From IMG/VR virus record IMGVR_UViG_3300047560_002412, positions 1 to 64,000 of that record: a DNA stretch of 64,000 nt; one strand, given 5' to 3'. The notes below the pieces were generated by a model that was given only the letters and a program-made list of their open reading frames with translations, did no database searches and was not told where the DNA came from. Positions 17,866 to 29,369 of the stretch are shown here, piece after piece; the stretch's first letter is position 1; every line of letters begins with the position of its first letter. Origin of the DNA: a virus. A program made the position numbers and the translations under genes.

Positions 17866-19254
17866 ATGAAAATAACTTTTAGCGATAAACTAATAGCTTG
17901 GCTAACATTATTCAGCGGATTATCAATTTCCGCTGTCGCCGTTTATTATAGCGTAGCAGGTTTGGTTTCCATATTTGCTGCCGCGGCTATACCTATTATG
18001 ATTATGGGTGTGGCATTAGAGGTAAGCAAATTAGTCGCTACCGTATGGATAAAATGGAATTGGACTCGAGCGCCGAGACTGATTAAAATTTATCTCATGA
18101 TAGCAATTACTATACTGATGATGATTACATCTATGGGTATATTTGGCTATCTTTCAAAAGCACACCTTGACCAAGCGGTTCCAACAGGTGATGTTGCAGA
18201 TAAGGTTTCACTTATCGATGAAAAAATAAAAACACAAAAGGAGAACATCGATGCTGCTCGAAAGGCTCTTAAACAAATGGACGAATCTGTTGATCAAGTT
18301 ATGGCAAGATCAACAGACGAAAAAGGTGCAGATAAAGCCGCTGCCTTGCGAAGAGGTCAAGCAAGAGAAAGGTCTCAATTACAAAATGATATCTCAAAGG
18401 CCCAGAAAGAGATTTCAATTCTCAACGATGAACGTGCTCCAATCGCCAAGGAACTCCGTAAGGTTGAGGCTGAAGTTGGGCCAATCAAATACATCGCCGC
18501 ATTAATATATGGCGATAACCCTGATCAAAATCTTTTAGAAGCTGCGGTAAGATGGGTCATTATAATTATTGTTATAGTATTTGATCCCCTAGCAGTCATT
18601 CTGCTTTTAGCAAGCCAGTATTCCTTTCAATGGTTCCGAGAAGAAGACGAACCCGAAAAAGTTATTTCAGATATTGACGAAGCAATCGCAGAAGATTTTG
18701 CGTTCAATGAACCAACAGAAGAAATTAATGAAGCAATTACAGAAGAGCCTGTATTAAAACAAGATCCTCATCCGGTAGGTTGGGCGTTTCCGAGACATGC
18801 TAATATTCAAGATTATCAAGTTGCTGAAGATGCCGACGACGAAGTTGATGTAGACGATGACATTGATGAAAACGAACCTGATGCCATTAAAGATGCAAAA
18901 GCAAAATGGAAACACGACCATCCTGGAAGTTCGTTAAAACAGCAAAGACGACTTTTTGAAAACGGTGTTATTGATCATTTACCTTGGGAAGATTATATTC
19001 AACCAAACGATGAAGCCGCAATTGAAGCTAAGAAGTGGGCAATTGAAAACCCAGAAGCAGAAGAAGGTCAAGAAGCTGTTGAATGGGCTAACGAAAGACT
19101 TGACGAACGCCCAGGCGATTATATTCCAGCAAAAGAAACTTATATGGAAAACGTAGACGGAAACCAAGTGACAAAAACAATCGAAGGTTACCATCAAAAC
19201 GAAGAACAAACATCAAATACCCTTTGGAATAAAATTCAACAGGCGAAGAAATGA
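17866..19254 (+). CDS. Membrane coiled-coil protein with acidic tail
   Basis: N-terminal TM helices, GIFGYLSKAH, EVGPIKYIA, VFDPLA. Confidence 0.75.
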   Translation: MKITFSDKLIAWLTLFSGLSISAVAVYYSVAGLVSIFAAAAIPIMIMGVALEVSKLVATVWIKWNWTRAPRLIKIYLMIAITILMMITSMGIFGYLSKAHLDQAVPTGDVADKVSLIDEKIKTQKENIDAARKALKQMDESVDQVMARSTDEKGADKAAALRRGQARERSQLQNDISKAQKEISILNDERAPIAKELRKVEAEVGPIKYIAALIYGDNPDQNLLEAAVRWVIIIIVIVFDPLAVILLLASQYSFQWFREEDEPEKVISDIDEAIAEDFAFNEPTEEINEAITEEPVLKQDPHPVGWAFPRHANIQDYQVAEDADDEVDVDDDIDENEPDAIKDAKAKWKHDHPGSSLKQQRRLFENGVIDHLPWEDYIQPNDEAAIEAKKWAIENPEAEEGQEAVEWANERLDERPGDYIPAKETYMENVDGNQVTKTIEGYHQNEEQTSNTLWNKIQQAKK

Positions 19255-19649
19255 ATAATTCCGTAATTATTGTTACTCCTCCAGACGATACGTTACTGGA
19301 CGGAATTAGGATTGTATTAGTAGATCTTTCTCCCGAACAAACTCAAATAGTATCAGATTCTCTTAAAGAAATTGATAATAAAAATAGAGTTATTTTATAT
19401 TATTGGAAAATGGGAAATCCAGTAGATTGGTTACTCACCATGAAGCCTAAAGCAAACTTGATTATTTTTAATGCCGATGCTAGTGCAAACGGTGCTATTG
19501 AACTAATCATAGGATATATGGCCGCACAATCCAATTCATACTACTTTGGTACTTTAAGAGATCTAAATAAAGTCAATGATTCTATCATTTATGCAAAGGA
19601 AGATTTAAAAAAATTATTTTTAAACACATTGGAAAATTATGAAACATAA
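19251..19649 (+). CDS. Hypothetical protein
   Basis: Coupled ORF. Confidence 0.7.
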   Translation: MNNSVIIVTPPDDTLLDGIRIVLVDLSPEQTQIVSDSLKEIDNKNRVILYYWKMGNPVDWLLTMKPKANLIIFNADASANGAIELIIGYMAAQSNSYYFGTLRDLNKVNDSIIYAKEDLKKLFLNTLENYET

Positions 19650-19872
19650 CACTCTCACAGGTAATAAGGTTTTTGTAAAAGAAGGAGAACCGTTTGAAAA
19701 AGCTCTAAGACGTTTTAAGAAAAAAGTCGAAGATAGCGGACTTATGGAAGATCTAAGAAAAAAGGAATGTTATTTAAAACCTAGCGTTCTTAGAAAAACA
19801 CAAAAATCTGCCGCCAGAGCTAGATGGCTCAAAAAAATCAGAGACAATCAACTACCTAAAAAAATGTATTGA
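19639..19872 (+). CDS. rpsU: Ribosomal protein bS21
   Basis: V.EGEPFEKALRRFKKK...YLKPS..RK. Confidence 0.9.
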   Translation: MKHNTLTGNKVFVKEGEPFEKALRRFKKKVEDSGLMEDLRKKECYLKPSVLRKTQKSAARARWLKKIRDNQLPKKMY

Positions 19873-19903
19873 CCTTTAAAAAGAAAGGAGTTATAATATT
19901 AGT

Positions 19904-20485
19904 ATGAACACTGATATTATGATCGATCTAGAGACGTTAGACGTCCTTCCAACCGCAACTATATTAACAATCGGAGCAGTTAAATTTGATCCGTTTGGCA
20001 TGGAACTACAAGAACCAGCAATGGAAAAGTTTTATGTACGTGTAGACGTTGATAGTTGTGATAAATTAAATTGTACCGTTAGCCAGGCTACTTTAGATTG
20101 GTGGGCCCAGCAAGAGAAAGCGGCACAAGATGAAGCATTTGATCCCAATGGTCGAATTGATATTGTTGATGCAATGAATCAACTTTATAAATTTTGTTGG
20201 GGAGCAAAGCGTGTATGGAGTCACGGTGCAGGCTTTGATATTATCATATGCGAACATTTATTTCGAAAAATAGGAAAAGCAATTCCTTGGCAATTCTGGG
20301 AAGTTCGAGATACCAGAACTTTATTTGATATTGGGATTGACCCCAACCGTCCACCTGTATTAAAACATCATGCGTTAGAAGATGCTTGGAATCAAGCAGT
20401 TGGAGTACAAAATGTATTTCAAAAGTTGCGTAGTTCTACTATGTATGATGGAAAAATGATTACCCCCTTTTCTAATCAAAGATAA
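19904..20485 (+). CDS. DEDDh 3'-5' exonuclease
   Basis: MIDLET, FD, RDTRT, HHALEDA. Confidence 0.88.
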   Translation: MNTDIMIDLETLDVLPTATILTIGAVKFDPFGMELQEPAMEKFYVRVDVDSCDKLNCTVSQATLDWWAQQEKAAQDEAFDPNGRIDIVDAMNQLYKFCWGAKRVWSHGAGFDIIICEHLFRKIGKAIPWQFWEVRDTRTLFDIGIDPNRPPVLKHHALEDAWNQAVGVQNVFQKLRSSTMYDGKMITPFSNQR

Positions 20486-20487
20486 TT

Positions 20488-21507
20488 ATGAGAATTGAAG
20501 ACGAAGTCAAACTTGACTTTCGTGATGTGCTAATTCGTCCTAAGCGTAGTACATTATCGAGTCGAAAAGAAGTTAATTTAAATCGAACATATACATTTAA
20601 ACATAGCAAACAAGAGTGGTCTGGTGTTCCTATCATGGCATCCAATATGGATGGTGTTGGAACATTTGAAATGTCTAAAGCACTACAAAACCATGGCATG
20701 TTTACTTGTATTGTTAAGTCAACGGACATATCACAATGGTCAAAAAATTTAACTGGGCTAAATGTTGAACATCTTGCTGTAAGTACAGGAACCAGCGATA
20801 AAGATTATGAAAGATTAAGTAATATTTTAGATGCTATTAACACCATTAGATTTATCTGCATTGATGTAGCAAATGGGTATTCAGAACATTTTGGTGATTT
20901 TATCGCTAAGGTTCGTGCAGACAGACCTTATCATACAATCATTGCAGGTAATGTTGTTACAGCAGATATGACCCAGGAACTTATTTTACGAGGAGCAGAC
21001 ATTGTCAAAGTTGGAATCGGACCAGGATCGGTATGTACGACTAGGATACAAACTGGGGTTGGCTACCCGCAACTTTCTGCGATTATTGAGTGCGCTGATG
21101 CGGCACATGGCCTCGGTGCCCATATTATTGCTGATGGCGGTTGCACTTGCCCAGGCGATGTGGCTAAGGCATTTGGAGCAGGTGCAGACTTTGTCATGCT
21201 CGGTGGAATGTTGGCAGGACACGACGAAGGCGGCGGCGAAGTAAAAGATGGAAAAGTTACATTCTACGGAATGAGCTCAGATACTGCTATGAATAAACAT
21301 CATGGCGGTATTGCTGGTTATCGTAGTTCTGAAGGCAGGACCGTAGATATCAAATATAGAGGTCCTGTAGAACATACAATTTTAGATTTATTAGGCGGAT
21401 TGCGCAGTTCTTGTACATATGTGGGCGCCCCTAGTCTTAAGCAATTAAGCAAATGCACCACATTTATCAGGGTTGGCCGTCAAATAAATGATGTTTTTAT
21501 TGCCTAA
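20488..21507 (+). CDS. guaC: GMP reductase
   Basis: [29 protein letters not shown]. Confidence 0.95.
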   Translation: MRIEDEVKLDFRDVLIRPKRSTLSSRKEVNLNRTYTFKHSKQEWSGVPIMASNMDGVGTFEMSKALQNHGMFTCIVKSTDISQWSKNLTGLNVEHLAVSTGTSDKDYERLSNILDAINTIRFICIDVANGYSEHFGDFIAKVRADRPYHTIIAGNVVTADMTQELILRGADIVKVGIGPGSVCTTRIQTGVGYPQLSAIIECADAAHGLGAHIIADGGCTCPGDVAKAFGAGADFVMLGGMLAGHDEGGGEVKDGKVTFYGMSSDTAMNKHHGGIAGYRSSEGRTVDIKYRGPVEHTILDLLGGLRSSCTYVGAPSLKQLSKCTTFIRVGRQINDVFIA

Positions 21508-21614
21508 ATTTAAATATTTTAAATTTTAAGTGATAAATATTTTTGTTAGCGTACCAGGTGGGCGTTAACAAGGGCAAAGAGCCCAACTAGATCTTACTTT
21601 AAAAGGAGATGAAT

Positions 21615-23513
21615 ATGTCTAAGATCATCGGTATCGACTTAGGTACCACAAATAGTTGCGTAGCCGTAATCGAAAACGGTAATTCAAAAGTTATTGAAAA
21701 CTCTGAAGGCGCAAGAACAACACCCTCAATCGTTGCTTACACACAGGATGAAATCCTAGTAGGTGCTACAGCAAAACGACAAGCAGTAACAAATCCCAAG
21801 AACACAATTTATGCAGCCAAGCGTTTAATTGGACGTAAGTTCAAAGAACAGGCTGTGCAAAAAGACATTGACCTAATGCCATATGAAATTATGGAAAGTA
21901 AAAATGGTGATGCATGGGTACGTGCTCAAGACAAAGAATTGGCACCCCCACAAATTTCAGCAGAAGTTCTTCGCAAGATGAAGAAAACCGCCGAAGACTA
22001 CCTCGGCGAAGAAGTTACCAAAGCTGTTATTACCGTTCCTGCTTATTTTAACGATCAACAAAGACAAGCGACCAAGGATGCTGGACAAATTGCTGGCCTA
22101 GAAGTTCTACGTATTATCAACGAACCAACAGCAGCCGCACTGGCCTACGGTGTAGATAAACAAGACAAAGCTGATCGAAAGATTGCAGTTTATGACTTAG
22201 GTGGCGGAACATTTGACGTTTCCATTATTGAAATTGCAAACGTAGATGGCGATAAACAAATTGAAGTATTGTCAACCAATGGTGACACATTCCTAGGTGG
22301 TGAAGATTTTGACCAACGCATTATGGATTACCTATGCGACGAGTTTAAGAAAGAACAAGGAATTGATCTTAAGAAAGATATGCTTGCCCTACAGCGTCTC
22401 AAAGAAAGTGCTGAAAAAGCTAAGATTGAACTTTCAAGCTCTGCATCAACAGATGTTAACTTGCCATATATTACAGCAGACGCAGGTGGCCCAAAACATA
22501 TGAACATTAAAATCACTCGTGCTAAACTAGAAGCATTAGTAGACGACCTTGTTCAGCGTTCATTAGAGCCGTGCCGAGTTGCTATGAAGGACGCAGGTGT
22601 AACTGCTTCAGAAATTGACGAAGTTATCTTAGTTGGTGGTCAAACACGTATGCCTAAGGTACAAGAAGAAGTTGAAAAACTATTTGGTAAATCACCACGT
22701 AAAGATGTTAATCCTGATGAAGCAGTAGCAGTTGGCGCAGCTATTCAAGGTGCTGTGTTAGGTGGTGATCGTAAAGACGTTCTACTACTTGACGTTACTC
22801 CATTGTCACTAGGTATTGAAACACTAGGCGGTGTAATGGCCAAGATTATTCAAAAGAACACAACCATTCCAACCAAAGGACAGCAAACATTCTCTACCGC
22901 AGAAGATAATCAACCTGCTGTGGACATTAAAGTGTTCCAAGGTGAGCGTGAGCTTGTTCAATACAACAAACTATTAGGCGAGTTTAAACTTGATGGAATT
23001 GCTCCTGCACCGAGAGGCATGCCACAAGTTGAAGTTACCTTTGATATTGATGCTAACGGTATTATGCATATTAGTGCCAAAGACAAAAATACAGGTAAAG
23101 AAAACAAGATCACTATTAAATCCGATAGCGGTCTAAGCAAAGAACAAATCGATGAAATGATTCGAGATGCTGAAGCTAATGCAGAGTCAGATAAAAAAGT
23201 TCGAGAATTAATCGATGTTAAAAATTCTGCAGAATCTCAATTACATCAAGTTAAAAAAGATCTTGAAGAATTCCGTTCTGATCTAACAGAAACAGAAATT
23301 TCTGATATTGAGAAAGTAATAGCAGATGTTGAATCTGCCGCTAAAGGTGATAGTATTGATGCTATCAAAACAGAATTAGAAAAAGTTGTACCTGCAATGT
23401 CAGTATTGCTACAAAAACGTCAGTTAAAAGAGCAAGGACAAACTCCAGATGCCCAACCAACTCAAGACGATAATGTAGTAGATGCTACATTTACTGAAAC
23501 TAAAAAAGATTGA
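21615..23513 (+). CDS. dnaK: Chaperone DnaK (Hsp70)
   Basis: [25 protein letters not shown]. Confidence 0.98.
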   Translation: MSKIIGIDLGTTNSCVAVIENGNSKVIENSEGARTTPSIVAYTQDEILVGATAKRQAVTNPKNTIYAAKRLIGRKFKEQAVQKDIDLMPYEIMESKNGDAWVRAQDKELAPPQISAEVLRKMKKTAEDYLGEEVTKAVITVPAYFNDQQRQATKDAGQIAGLEVLRIINEPTAAALAYGVDKQDKADRKIAVYDLGGGTFDVSIIEIANVDGDKQIEVLSTNGDTFLGGEDFDQRIMDYLCDEFKKEQGIDLKKDMLALQRLKESAEKAKIELSSSASTDVNLPYITADAGGPKHMNIKITRAKLEALVDDLVQRSLEPCRVAMKDAGVTASEIDEVILVGGQTRMPKVQEEVEKLFGKSPRKDVNPDEAVAVGAAIQGAVLGGDRKDVLLLDVTPLSLGIETLGGVMAKIIQKNTTIPTKGQQTFSTAEDNQPAVDIKVFQGERELVQYNKLLGEFKLDGIAPAPRGMPQVEVTFDIDANGIMHISAKDKNTGKENKITIKSDSGLSKEQIDEMIRDAEANAESDKKVRELIDVKNSAESQLHQVKKDLEEFRSDLTETEISDIEKVIADVESAAKGDSIDAIKTELEKVVPAMSVLLQKRQLKEQGQTPDAQPTQDDNVVDATFTETKKD

Positions 23514-23611
23514 CACACAGACAGAAAGATGTTTAAATATTATTAGCGGTACCTAAAAGGGCCGCTAATGAGCATAGAGCTCAATTGTTCTTACTTTATA
23601 AGGAGACTATT

Positions 23612-24046
23612 ATGAACAATCAATTAGCACGTTTTGATGCTCTCAACAGAGCACTTGTAGGTTTTGATCAAATGTTTGATCAGATGGAAAGACGATTCGC
23701 CAACAGCGTTTCTAACAATTATCCTCCACATAATATTTTAAAAATGGGGGAGAATGAATATTCGATTCAACTAGCGGTAACAGGTTTTGATAAAAACGAA
23801 ATTAACGTTACCGTAGAAAACAATATTCTTATTGTTAAGGGTGAAAGCATGACAACAGATTATGCACCTGAACAATACTTACATCGAGGACTTGCAACTC
23901 GAGACTTTGTTAAAGAATTTCCTCTGGCAGAGCATATTGAAGTCGTTGGAGCAGAAACAAAAAATGGTATGCTTACTATTAAATTAATTCGTAACATTCC
24001 AGAGTCTGCAAAACCAAAGATTATTGATATTGTAGAGGTTAAGTAA
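23612..24046 (+). CDS. Small heat-shock protein (Hsp20/IbpA-like)
   Basis: NYPPHNI, YLHRGLA.R.F, NGMLTI. Confidence 0.93.
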   Translation: MNNQLARFDALNRALVGFDQMFDQMERRFANSVSNNYPPHNILKMGENEYSIQLAVTGFDKNEINVTVENNILIVKGESMTTDYAPEQYLHRGLATRDFVKEFPLAEHIEVVGAETKNGMLTIKLIRNIPESAKPKIIDIVEVK

Positions 24047-24087
24047 TACTATGTGGGGGGAAACCCCCACATACAAACGGAGAAACT

Positions 24088-24393
24088 ATGGGAACACTAA
24101 CTGACATCGAAATTGATGAGAAAATAAAAACTACAATTCAACCTCCAAAATTATGGAAAGTTATATTTTTTAACGACGACCAAACTCCTATGGATTTTGT
24201 TGTAGAATTGTTAGTTAATATTTTTAAACATAATGAAAATAAAGCACGAGATCTTACTTTAGAAATTCATAATACAGGAAGTGCGATTGCTGGAATTTAC
24301 CCTCATGAAATTGCCGAACATAGAGGATTAATAGCAACTCAAGTCTCTCGAACAAACGGTTTTCCATTACAAATACAGGTAGTAGAAGAATGA
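24088..24393 (+). CDS. clpS: ClpS N-degron adaptor
   Basis: WKVIFFNDDQTPMDFVV...FPL. Confidence 0.92.
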   Translation: MGTLTDIEIDEKIKTTIQPPKLWKVIFFNDDQTPMDFVVELLVNIFKHNENKARDLTLEIHNTGSAIAGIYPHEIAEHRGLIATQVSRTNGFPLQIQVVEE

Positions 24394-24935
24394 GTTTAAA
24401 AGAAATCACAAAAGATTTACACCACGAAGCAGAAACAACAACATTTGCTAAGATGCTTCTTAGCGGAAAAATTGAAAAACAAGATTACAAAAATTATCTA
24501 TACAATCTATTAGCAATCTACGATCCAATCGAATGGTATTGTCAGCGTCAGGGCTTCCTTGTTACAATGCCAGACTTGCCTCGTCTACGTGCTATCCACG
24601 CAGACTTCCAAGAATTAGATGATGGCAGCTATTGCTATCTTACTCCTGCTACATTAGAGTACCAGGCATACTTACACAAACTAGGCAATGATGAACAACG
24701 CAAACATCTTGTTAAGGCGCATTTATATTGCCGCCATATGGGCGACCTATTCGGTGGTCAAATCATTAAGAAACAAGTGGCACACATCAGCAGTGGTAAG
24801 TTCTACGACTTCGAAAACGCCGATGCTATGAAAACTGCTATTCGCGTAACACTTACTGACGACCTCGGAGATGAAGCTCGTGTAGCGTTTGAATACGCTA
24901 TTAAAATGATGCGAGATCTCTATCGTGGAGAGTAA
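24390..24935 (+). CDS. Heme oxygenase
   Basis: LKEITKDLHHEAE, AHLYCRHMGDLFGGQ. Confidence 0.9.
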   Translation: MSLKEITKDLHHEAETTTFAKMLLSGKIEKQDYKNYLYNLLAIYDPIEWYCQRQGFLVTMPDLPRLRAIHADFQELDDGSYCYLTPATLEYQAYLHKLGNDEQRKHLVKAHLYCRHMGDLFGGQIIKKQVAHISSGKFYDFENADAMKTAIRVTLTDDLGDEARVAFEYAIKMMRDLYRGE

Positions 24936-25608
24936 GGTTTGGGACACCCTAATTGGGATACAACACCTCCTTGAAGAATCGTTCAACAAAACAGGTACTG
25001 AAATTTCCGAACCTGGAATGGATCGTTTTAATCAGCCTGGGTGGGTTAATCGCGTTTGGCGGTCCGATTCTTATCGTCGTGCTCATGTTGACGTCGTAGA
25101 TGCTCGCAACACCAAAGGACTCTGGATGATGCATTGTTGCATTTTTCCACACTTACATAATCCTGCACCAATTTATGGTTTTGACGTAGTAGCCGGTAAG
25201 AATAAAATTACCGGCTGCTTTCATGATTACTCAGCGGCAGGAGACAAGCAACATCCTATGATGGATTGGTTTGCTGATTACGTTGATAATTTAGAATGGC
25301 GTAAAGTGCGTGAATTACCAGAATGGGCCACTAACATTTTCAGCAAAAGTATGGTAGCTGCCAGCAACGTACAAGATGAAGCAGAATTAGAGCAAATCAT
25401 TGCTATGGCTAAAGATACATTAGAGCATTATCTTAGCACCGTAGCAGAAACAAACAATACAGCCAATGATACCACAGAAGCGCAGAATTATTACGCTTTT
25501 AACCAGAAACAAAACCCGCATACACCGCGTGTTATGGCTAGTTTAGGATTAAACGAAGACGATGTTCGTGTGTTTATTCAAGAATGCCTGTTCCCAGAAA
25601 TTCGATAA
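24925..25608 (+). CDS. Ferredoxin-dependent bilin reductase (PcyA/PcyX-like)
   Basis: RRAH, MMHCCIFP, PIYGFD, LPEWA.IFS, QKQNPHT. Confidence 0.85.
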   Translation: MESKVWDTLIGIQHLLEESFNKTGTEISEPGMDRFNQPGWVNRVWRSDSYRRAHVDVVDARNTKGLWMMHCCIFPHLHNPAPIYGFDVVAGKNKITGCFHDYSAAGDKQHPMMDWFADYVDNLEWRKVRELPEWATNIFSKSMVAASNVQDEAELEQIIAMAKDTLEHYLSTVAETNNTANDTTEAQNYYAFNQKQNPHTPRVMASLGLNEDDVRVFIQECLFPEIR

Positions 25609-25618
25609 ATACAGAACT

Positions 25619-26914
25619 ATGAGATTTTTTGAATTTGCAGCTCCAAATCAGGATCAAAATACGGTGTCTCAACTAGTGGATATTGTGAAAAATCCTAACA
25701 CTGATCCTAAATTAAAGAACGAAATTCTAGCTATTTTAAAACAGCTGGAAGTTAAGGGTACGAAACAAGATAAGCAACTTAATGCTATCCCCCCATCAGA
25801 GGAAATTACCAAAGAAGCAGTTGGTGATGATACATTAAGTACAATAGAATCAGATGAAGATTATTATCAACGAATTCTTAACAGCGATCCGAGGTTGAAA
25901 GCCATAGCAGAAAAAAAACTTAAAGATGCAGAATCTGCAGGGTTTAATGTTGGTTCTTCGCTATCGGCAGGTGATGCATTTAAACGATTTAATGATCAAG
26001 TATTATCGTTAGTTCAACATCTAAAACAATTACCCCCTGATTTTTCTAAAGAAGTTACAAAGACTTTTAGCCATTTAGCAACTCAAGGAATAGATCAGCA
26101 AGATTTAATTTCATTTTTACAAGATTGTGCTAAGCCAGAAAGATTGATAGACTTACCAGAGTTAATAGCAAATTCAGGAACAGGAATTAAGTTAAACATT
26201 CCAACAAAATATCAAGAAATTGTTAAACACCTTGTAGCAGTTACTCCCGGAAGCAAAAATGCAGCCGCTGGTAAGGGAGAATTAATGTTGGCAGTTATTG
26301 GAAAAGATACCGTTAAACCTGCGGTTGGTGATATTATTGTTGGAAATAAACGTGTAGAAGTTAAAGCATCTGATGCTACGGGAAAATCTTTATCGGATTT
26401 TGCTCTAGGTAAACAACCAGTTGAAAAAGCTAGAACAATTATGGTTAATACCATCAATTCTAAACTTGGTAGAGAAGTGTTTTTAGACGCCACTGCTGAT
26501 ACATCTAATGACCAAGGAGTTACTGGTATATCTTCAATCAGCACTAGAAATATTGCTCAACTTAATAAAATTTTTAGTGAGATGGGTGCAAAAACCACTC
26601 AAAAAATGTTCCGTGAAATGTTCACAGCAGTAGTTGGATCTAAATTTTCAGAAGATATTGATAAAATTGTTGCTGCTATAGATAACAACGGAATTCAAAT
26701 AGAACCAATGAGAAAGGCTATTGTTGGTCTATTATTTGATTACTATAAGTCAGTTAATCAACACACTGGGTTATTGACTATAAATGTTCCTACATTAACC
26801 ATTAATTATGTAGAAGATGCTGAAGCATTTTCATCTATACCTAATTTAACTATTGGTACATTGTTTGATTTTAGATCAAATCCAGGATCTATTACTTCTT
26901 TTAAACAAAAATAA
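25619..26914 (+). CDS. Hypothetical protein (possibly virion-associated; PD-(D/E)xK-like GD...EVK)
   Basis: Long ORF; MRFFEF start behind TAAATA. Confidence 0.65.
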   Translation: MRFFEFAAPNQDQNTVSQLVDIVKNPNTDPKLKNEILAILKQLEVKGTKQDKQLNAIPPSEEITKEAVGDDTLSTIESDEDYYQRILNSDPRLKAIAEKKLKDAESAGFNVGSSLSAGDAFKRFNDQVLSLVQHLKQLPPDFSKEVTKTFSHLATQGIDQQDLISFLQDCAKPERLIDLPELIANSGTGIKLNIPTKYQEIVKHLVAVTPGSKNAAAGKGELMLAVIGKDTVKPAVGDIIVGNKRVEVKASDATGKSLSDFALGKQPVEKARTIMVNTINSKLGREVFLDATADTSNDQGVTGISSISTRNIAQLNKIFSEMGAKTTQKMFREMFTAVVGSKFSEDIDKIVAAIDNNGIQIEPMRKAIVGLLFDYYKSVNQHTGLLTINVPTLTINYVEDAEAFSSIPNLTIGTLFDFRSNPGSITSFKQK

Positions 26915-27004
26915 CATTTCTTGTTCTAGAACAAATTAATAACGCCATATAATTTCGATCCTCTCTCCTTTAAATACTATACGGTATAATCCGGGAGCGA
27001 ATCG

Positions 27005-27493
27005 ATGTCTAAAACAAAAATAATATTATTGACACTGATGTTGCCTTCAGTTGTATTGGCAGCTCAATTAGATCATAGTTTTAATAGTCCAGCGTTTAGT
27101 GGTGTTGGATATAGTTCTCACGTATTGACTATTAAACAATTAGAAGATCAGCAAAAAGAAAAGAATAGAGCAGCAGCTGAAACAATACAAGCAAAAGCAG
27201 AAGCAGCAGCAGCAAATACCCCACAAGCACAATTTATTGCTAATTTACAGAGTAGGATTTATAGCCAATTAGCAAAACAAGTAACTGATAGTTTGTTTGG
27301 AGCCACAGGCGCACCAACATGTACTACAGCAGGTGACTGGTGTGGACAAATTGAAAATCTAGCAGGTAACACCGTTCAATGGAAATTAGGATCAGGTGCC
27401 GATGCTGGATTAATTGTTATACAAATTAATAACATTTCAAATCCTAGCCAACAAGCTGAAATTAAAGTTCCTGCCGGAACATTTGCATTTTAA
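27005..27493 (+). CDS. Curli assembly CsgF-like protein
   Basis: Signal peptide, F.SPAFSG, F..NLQSRIYSQL; adjacent to CsgG. Confidence 0.8.
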   Translation: MSKTKIILLTLMLPSVVLAAQLDHSFNSPAFSGVGYSSHVLTIKQLEDQQKEKNRAAAETIQAKAEAAAANTPQAQFIANLQSRIYSQLAKQVTDSLFGATGAPTCTTAGDWCGQIENLAGNTVQWKLGSGADAGLIVIQINNISNPSQQAEIKVPAGTFAF

Positions 27494-27503
27494 GGAGTAA
27501 GAC

Positions 27504-28442
27504 ATGAAAAAGACACTTATATCCTTAGCAATTGTAACCATACTAACAGGCTGCGCAACAAGTTCTGCTGTTCGTGAAAAGATCACCGGCGAACAATTTG
27601 ATGCACCAAAAGTAGAAGAAAGTAAATTCCTTAAAAAGAAAGAGAATCAAGTTCGCCCACCACAGGGCGGTCCTATACCTGTTGCTGTTTATAGTTTTAG
27701 AGACCTAACAGGACAAAGAAAATACCAAGCCAATATTGCTTCTTTAAGTTCTGCAGTTACACAGGGCGGTGAGGCATATTTGATTAAAGCATTACAAGAA
27801 GTTGGAAATCAACGCTGGTTCGTTCCATTAGAACGTGTTGGTTTAGAAAACTTAATTAAAGAACGTCAAATGATTCGTCAAATGAGAGAACAATATCAAG
27901 GAAAAGATGCTAAATCTTTACCACCGATGTTGTTTGCCGGAATCATTATGGAAGGCGGCATTGTAGGTTATGATAGCAATACATTAACTGGCGGAAGTGG
28001 AGCAAGAATATTTGGTATTGGTGCAAGCACACAATATCAATCAGACACCGTTACGGTTAATTTAAGAACGGTTAGTGTTAGTTCGGGTGAAATTTTAACT
28101 AATACAACCGTAACTAAAACCGTTTTAAGTTATATGGACAAAGTCACCGTATTAAGATTTGTCGGTGACGGCACGAGCTTGGGAGCAAATGCTACTGCCT
28201 TAGAAGGTGAAATAGGCGGTAGTATAAATGAGAGTATTAACAGAGCTATTGATGTAGCAGTTCAAGCAGCAGTTGTTACTACTATCAACGAAGGTGTTCG
28301 TAAAGGGCACTGGGCATTTAAGGAGGAAGAAAAGAATGAGTTGGTTCAACCACAAACCAAGGAAGAACAAAAAGTCGAATCCAAATCCGCAACCAAGGCA
28401 GACGAGAAAACTGCAAAAGATATGAAAGGAAGTGAAAAATAA
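27504..28442 (+). CDS. csgG: Curli secretion lipoprotein CsgG
   Basis: LTGC lipobox, VAVYSFRDLTGQRK, SSAVTQG, EGGIVGYD. Confidence 0.92.
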   Translation: MKKTLISLAIVTILTGCATSSAVREKITGEQFDAPKVEESKFLKKKENQVRPPQGGPIPVAVYSFRDLTGQRKYQANIASLSSAVTQGGEAYLIKALQEVGNQRWFVPLERVGLENLIKERQMIRQMREQYQGKDAKSLPPMLFAGIIMEGGIVGYDSNTLTGGSGARIFGIGASTQYQSDTVTVNLRTVSVSSGEILTNTTVTKTVLSYMDKVTVLRFVGDGTSLGANATALEGEIGGSINESINRAIDVAVQAAVVTTINEGVRKGHWAFKEEEKNELVQPQTKEEQKVESKSATKADEKTAKDMKGSEK

Positions 28443-28520
28443 AAATAATTTATGGGTAGTTACCCAAGGAGCGAGTCGGGGAATATAATAAAAACAAACA
28501 ACCTGACTATGTAAAATATA

Positions 28521-29366
28521 ATGAAAAAAAGTAGAACAGGCGCTGGTAAGTTGTCGAGTAAATTACTTACCGTATTGCTAGCCGGTCTTGCCAGTGCAGC
28601 ATGGGCAACCGATGCTACAGGACCTAATAAGGTTTACATTGAACAAGTTGGCAGTAGCAATACAATTACGATTGAACAATTAGGCGGAACTAACAATGTT
28701 GGTGGCGTAACTAATGGTTCAGCAACTTCTGTCGACAATACAGGACTTACAACATTAAGTCCAGCTTCTCCAAGTAGTTCTAATTATGGAACTATTACAG
28801 GAGGAACTAACATTGTTGATATTAAACAGCAAGGCAATGCTAATAGCAGCCAGTACAATATCCAAGGATCTCTGAATACATTTACAAGTAGATTAATTGG
28901 AAACAACAACCAAAGTAGATTAACCGTTGGTGTTCCTACTTCTGGTGGTGCTGCTGCGACGAATTCAAGTTCAAATAGCATTACCGAAACGGTGTATGGA
29001 AACAACAATATGTTGTTAACAAATATAACCGGCAATAGTATTACTAGTTTAGTCAATATTGGTTCTTCTAGCTCAAATAGCAGTTATAACCAAGTTACAC
29101 AAAATCTAAGCGGTGGTGCTACATCATCTACTAATATTACTATTGATGGTAATTATAACTTTCTTAATGCTCAACAAACAGATTCTGGAGTACACACTCT
29201 TGCTTTAGCAACGCAGCAAGGTGACTACAACTCTTTTGTTATTCAGCAACAAGGAACTAACAATACAACGGTAAACATCCAAAATACTGGAAGTAACAAT
29301 ACCGTTACGGTTAGAACAACAGGATCTAGCAGTATTATAAGTCCTGCAACAGCAATAGCGAGGTAA
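28521..29366 (+). CDS. Secreted curlin-repeat-like protein
   Basis: IEQVGSSN, QQGNAN, QQQGTNN repeats. Confidence 0.7.
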   Translation: MKKSRTGAGKLSSKLLTVLLAGLASAAWATDATGPNKVYIEQVGSSNTITIEQLGGTNNVGGVTNGSATSVDNTGLTTLSPASPSSSNYGTITGGTNIVDIKQQGNANSSQYNIQGSLNTFTSRLIGNNNQSRLTVGVPTSGGAAATNSSSNSITETVYGNNNMLLTNITGNSITSLVNIGSSSSNSSYNQVTQNLSGGATSSTNITIDGNYNFLNAQQTDSGVHTLALATQQGDYNSFVIQQQGTNNTTVNIQNTGSNNTVTVRTTGSSSIISPATAIAR

Positions 29367-29369
29367 GAT

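Noticed and set aside
21545-21568. CIRCE (HrcA) operator before dnaK/hsp20
   Set aside because: Only TTAGC...TAA matches; arms and spacing differ from TTAGCACTC-N9-GAGTGCTAA
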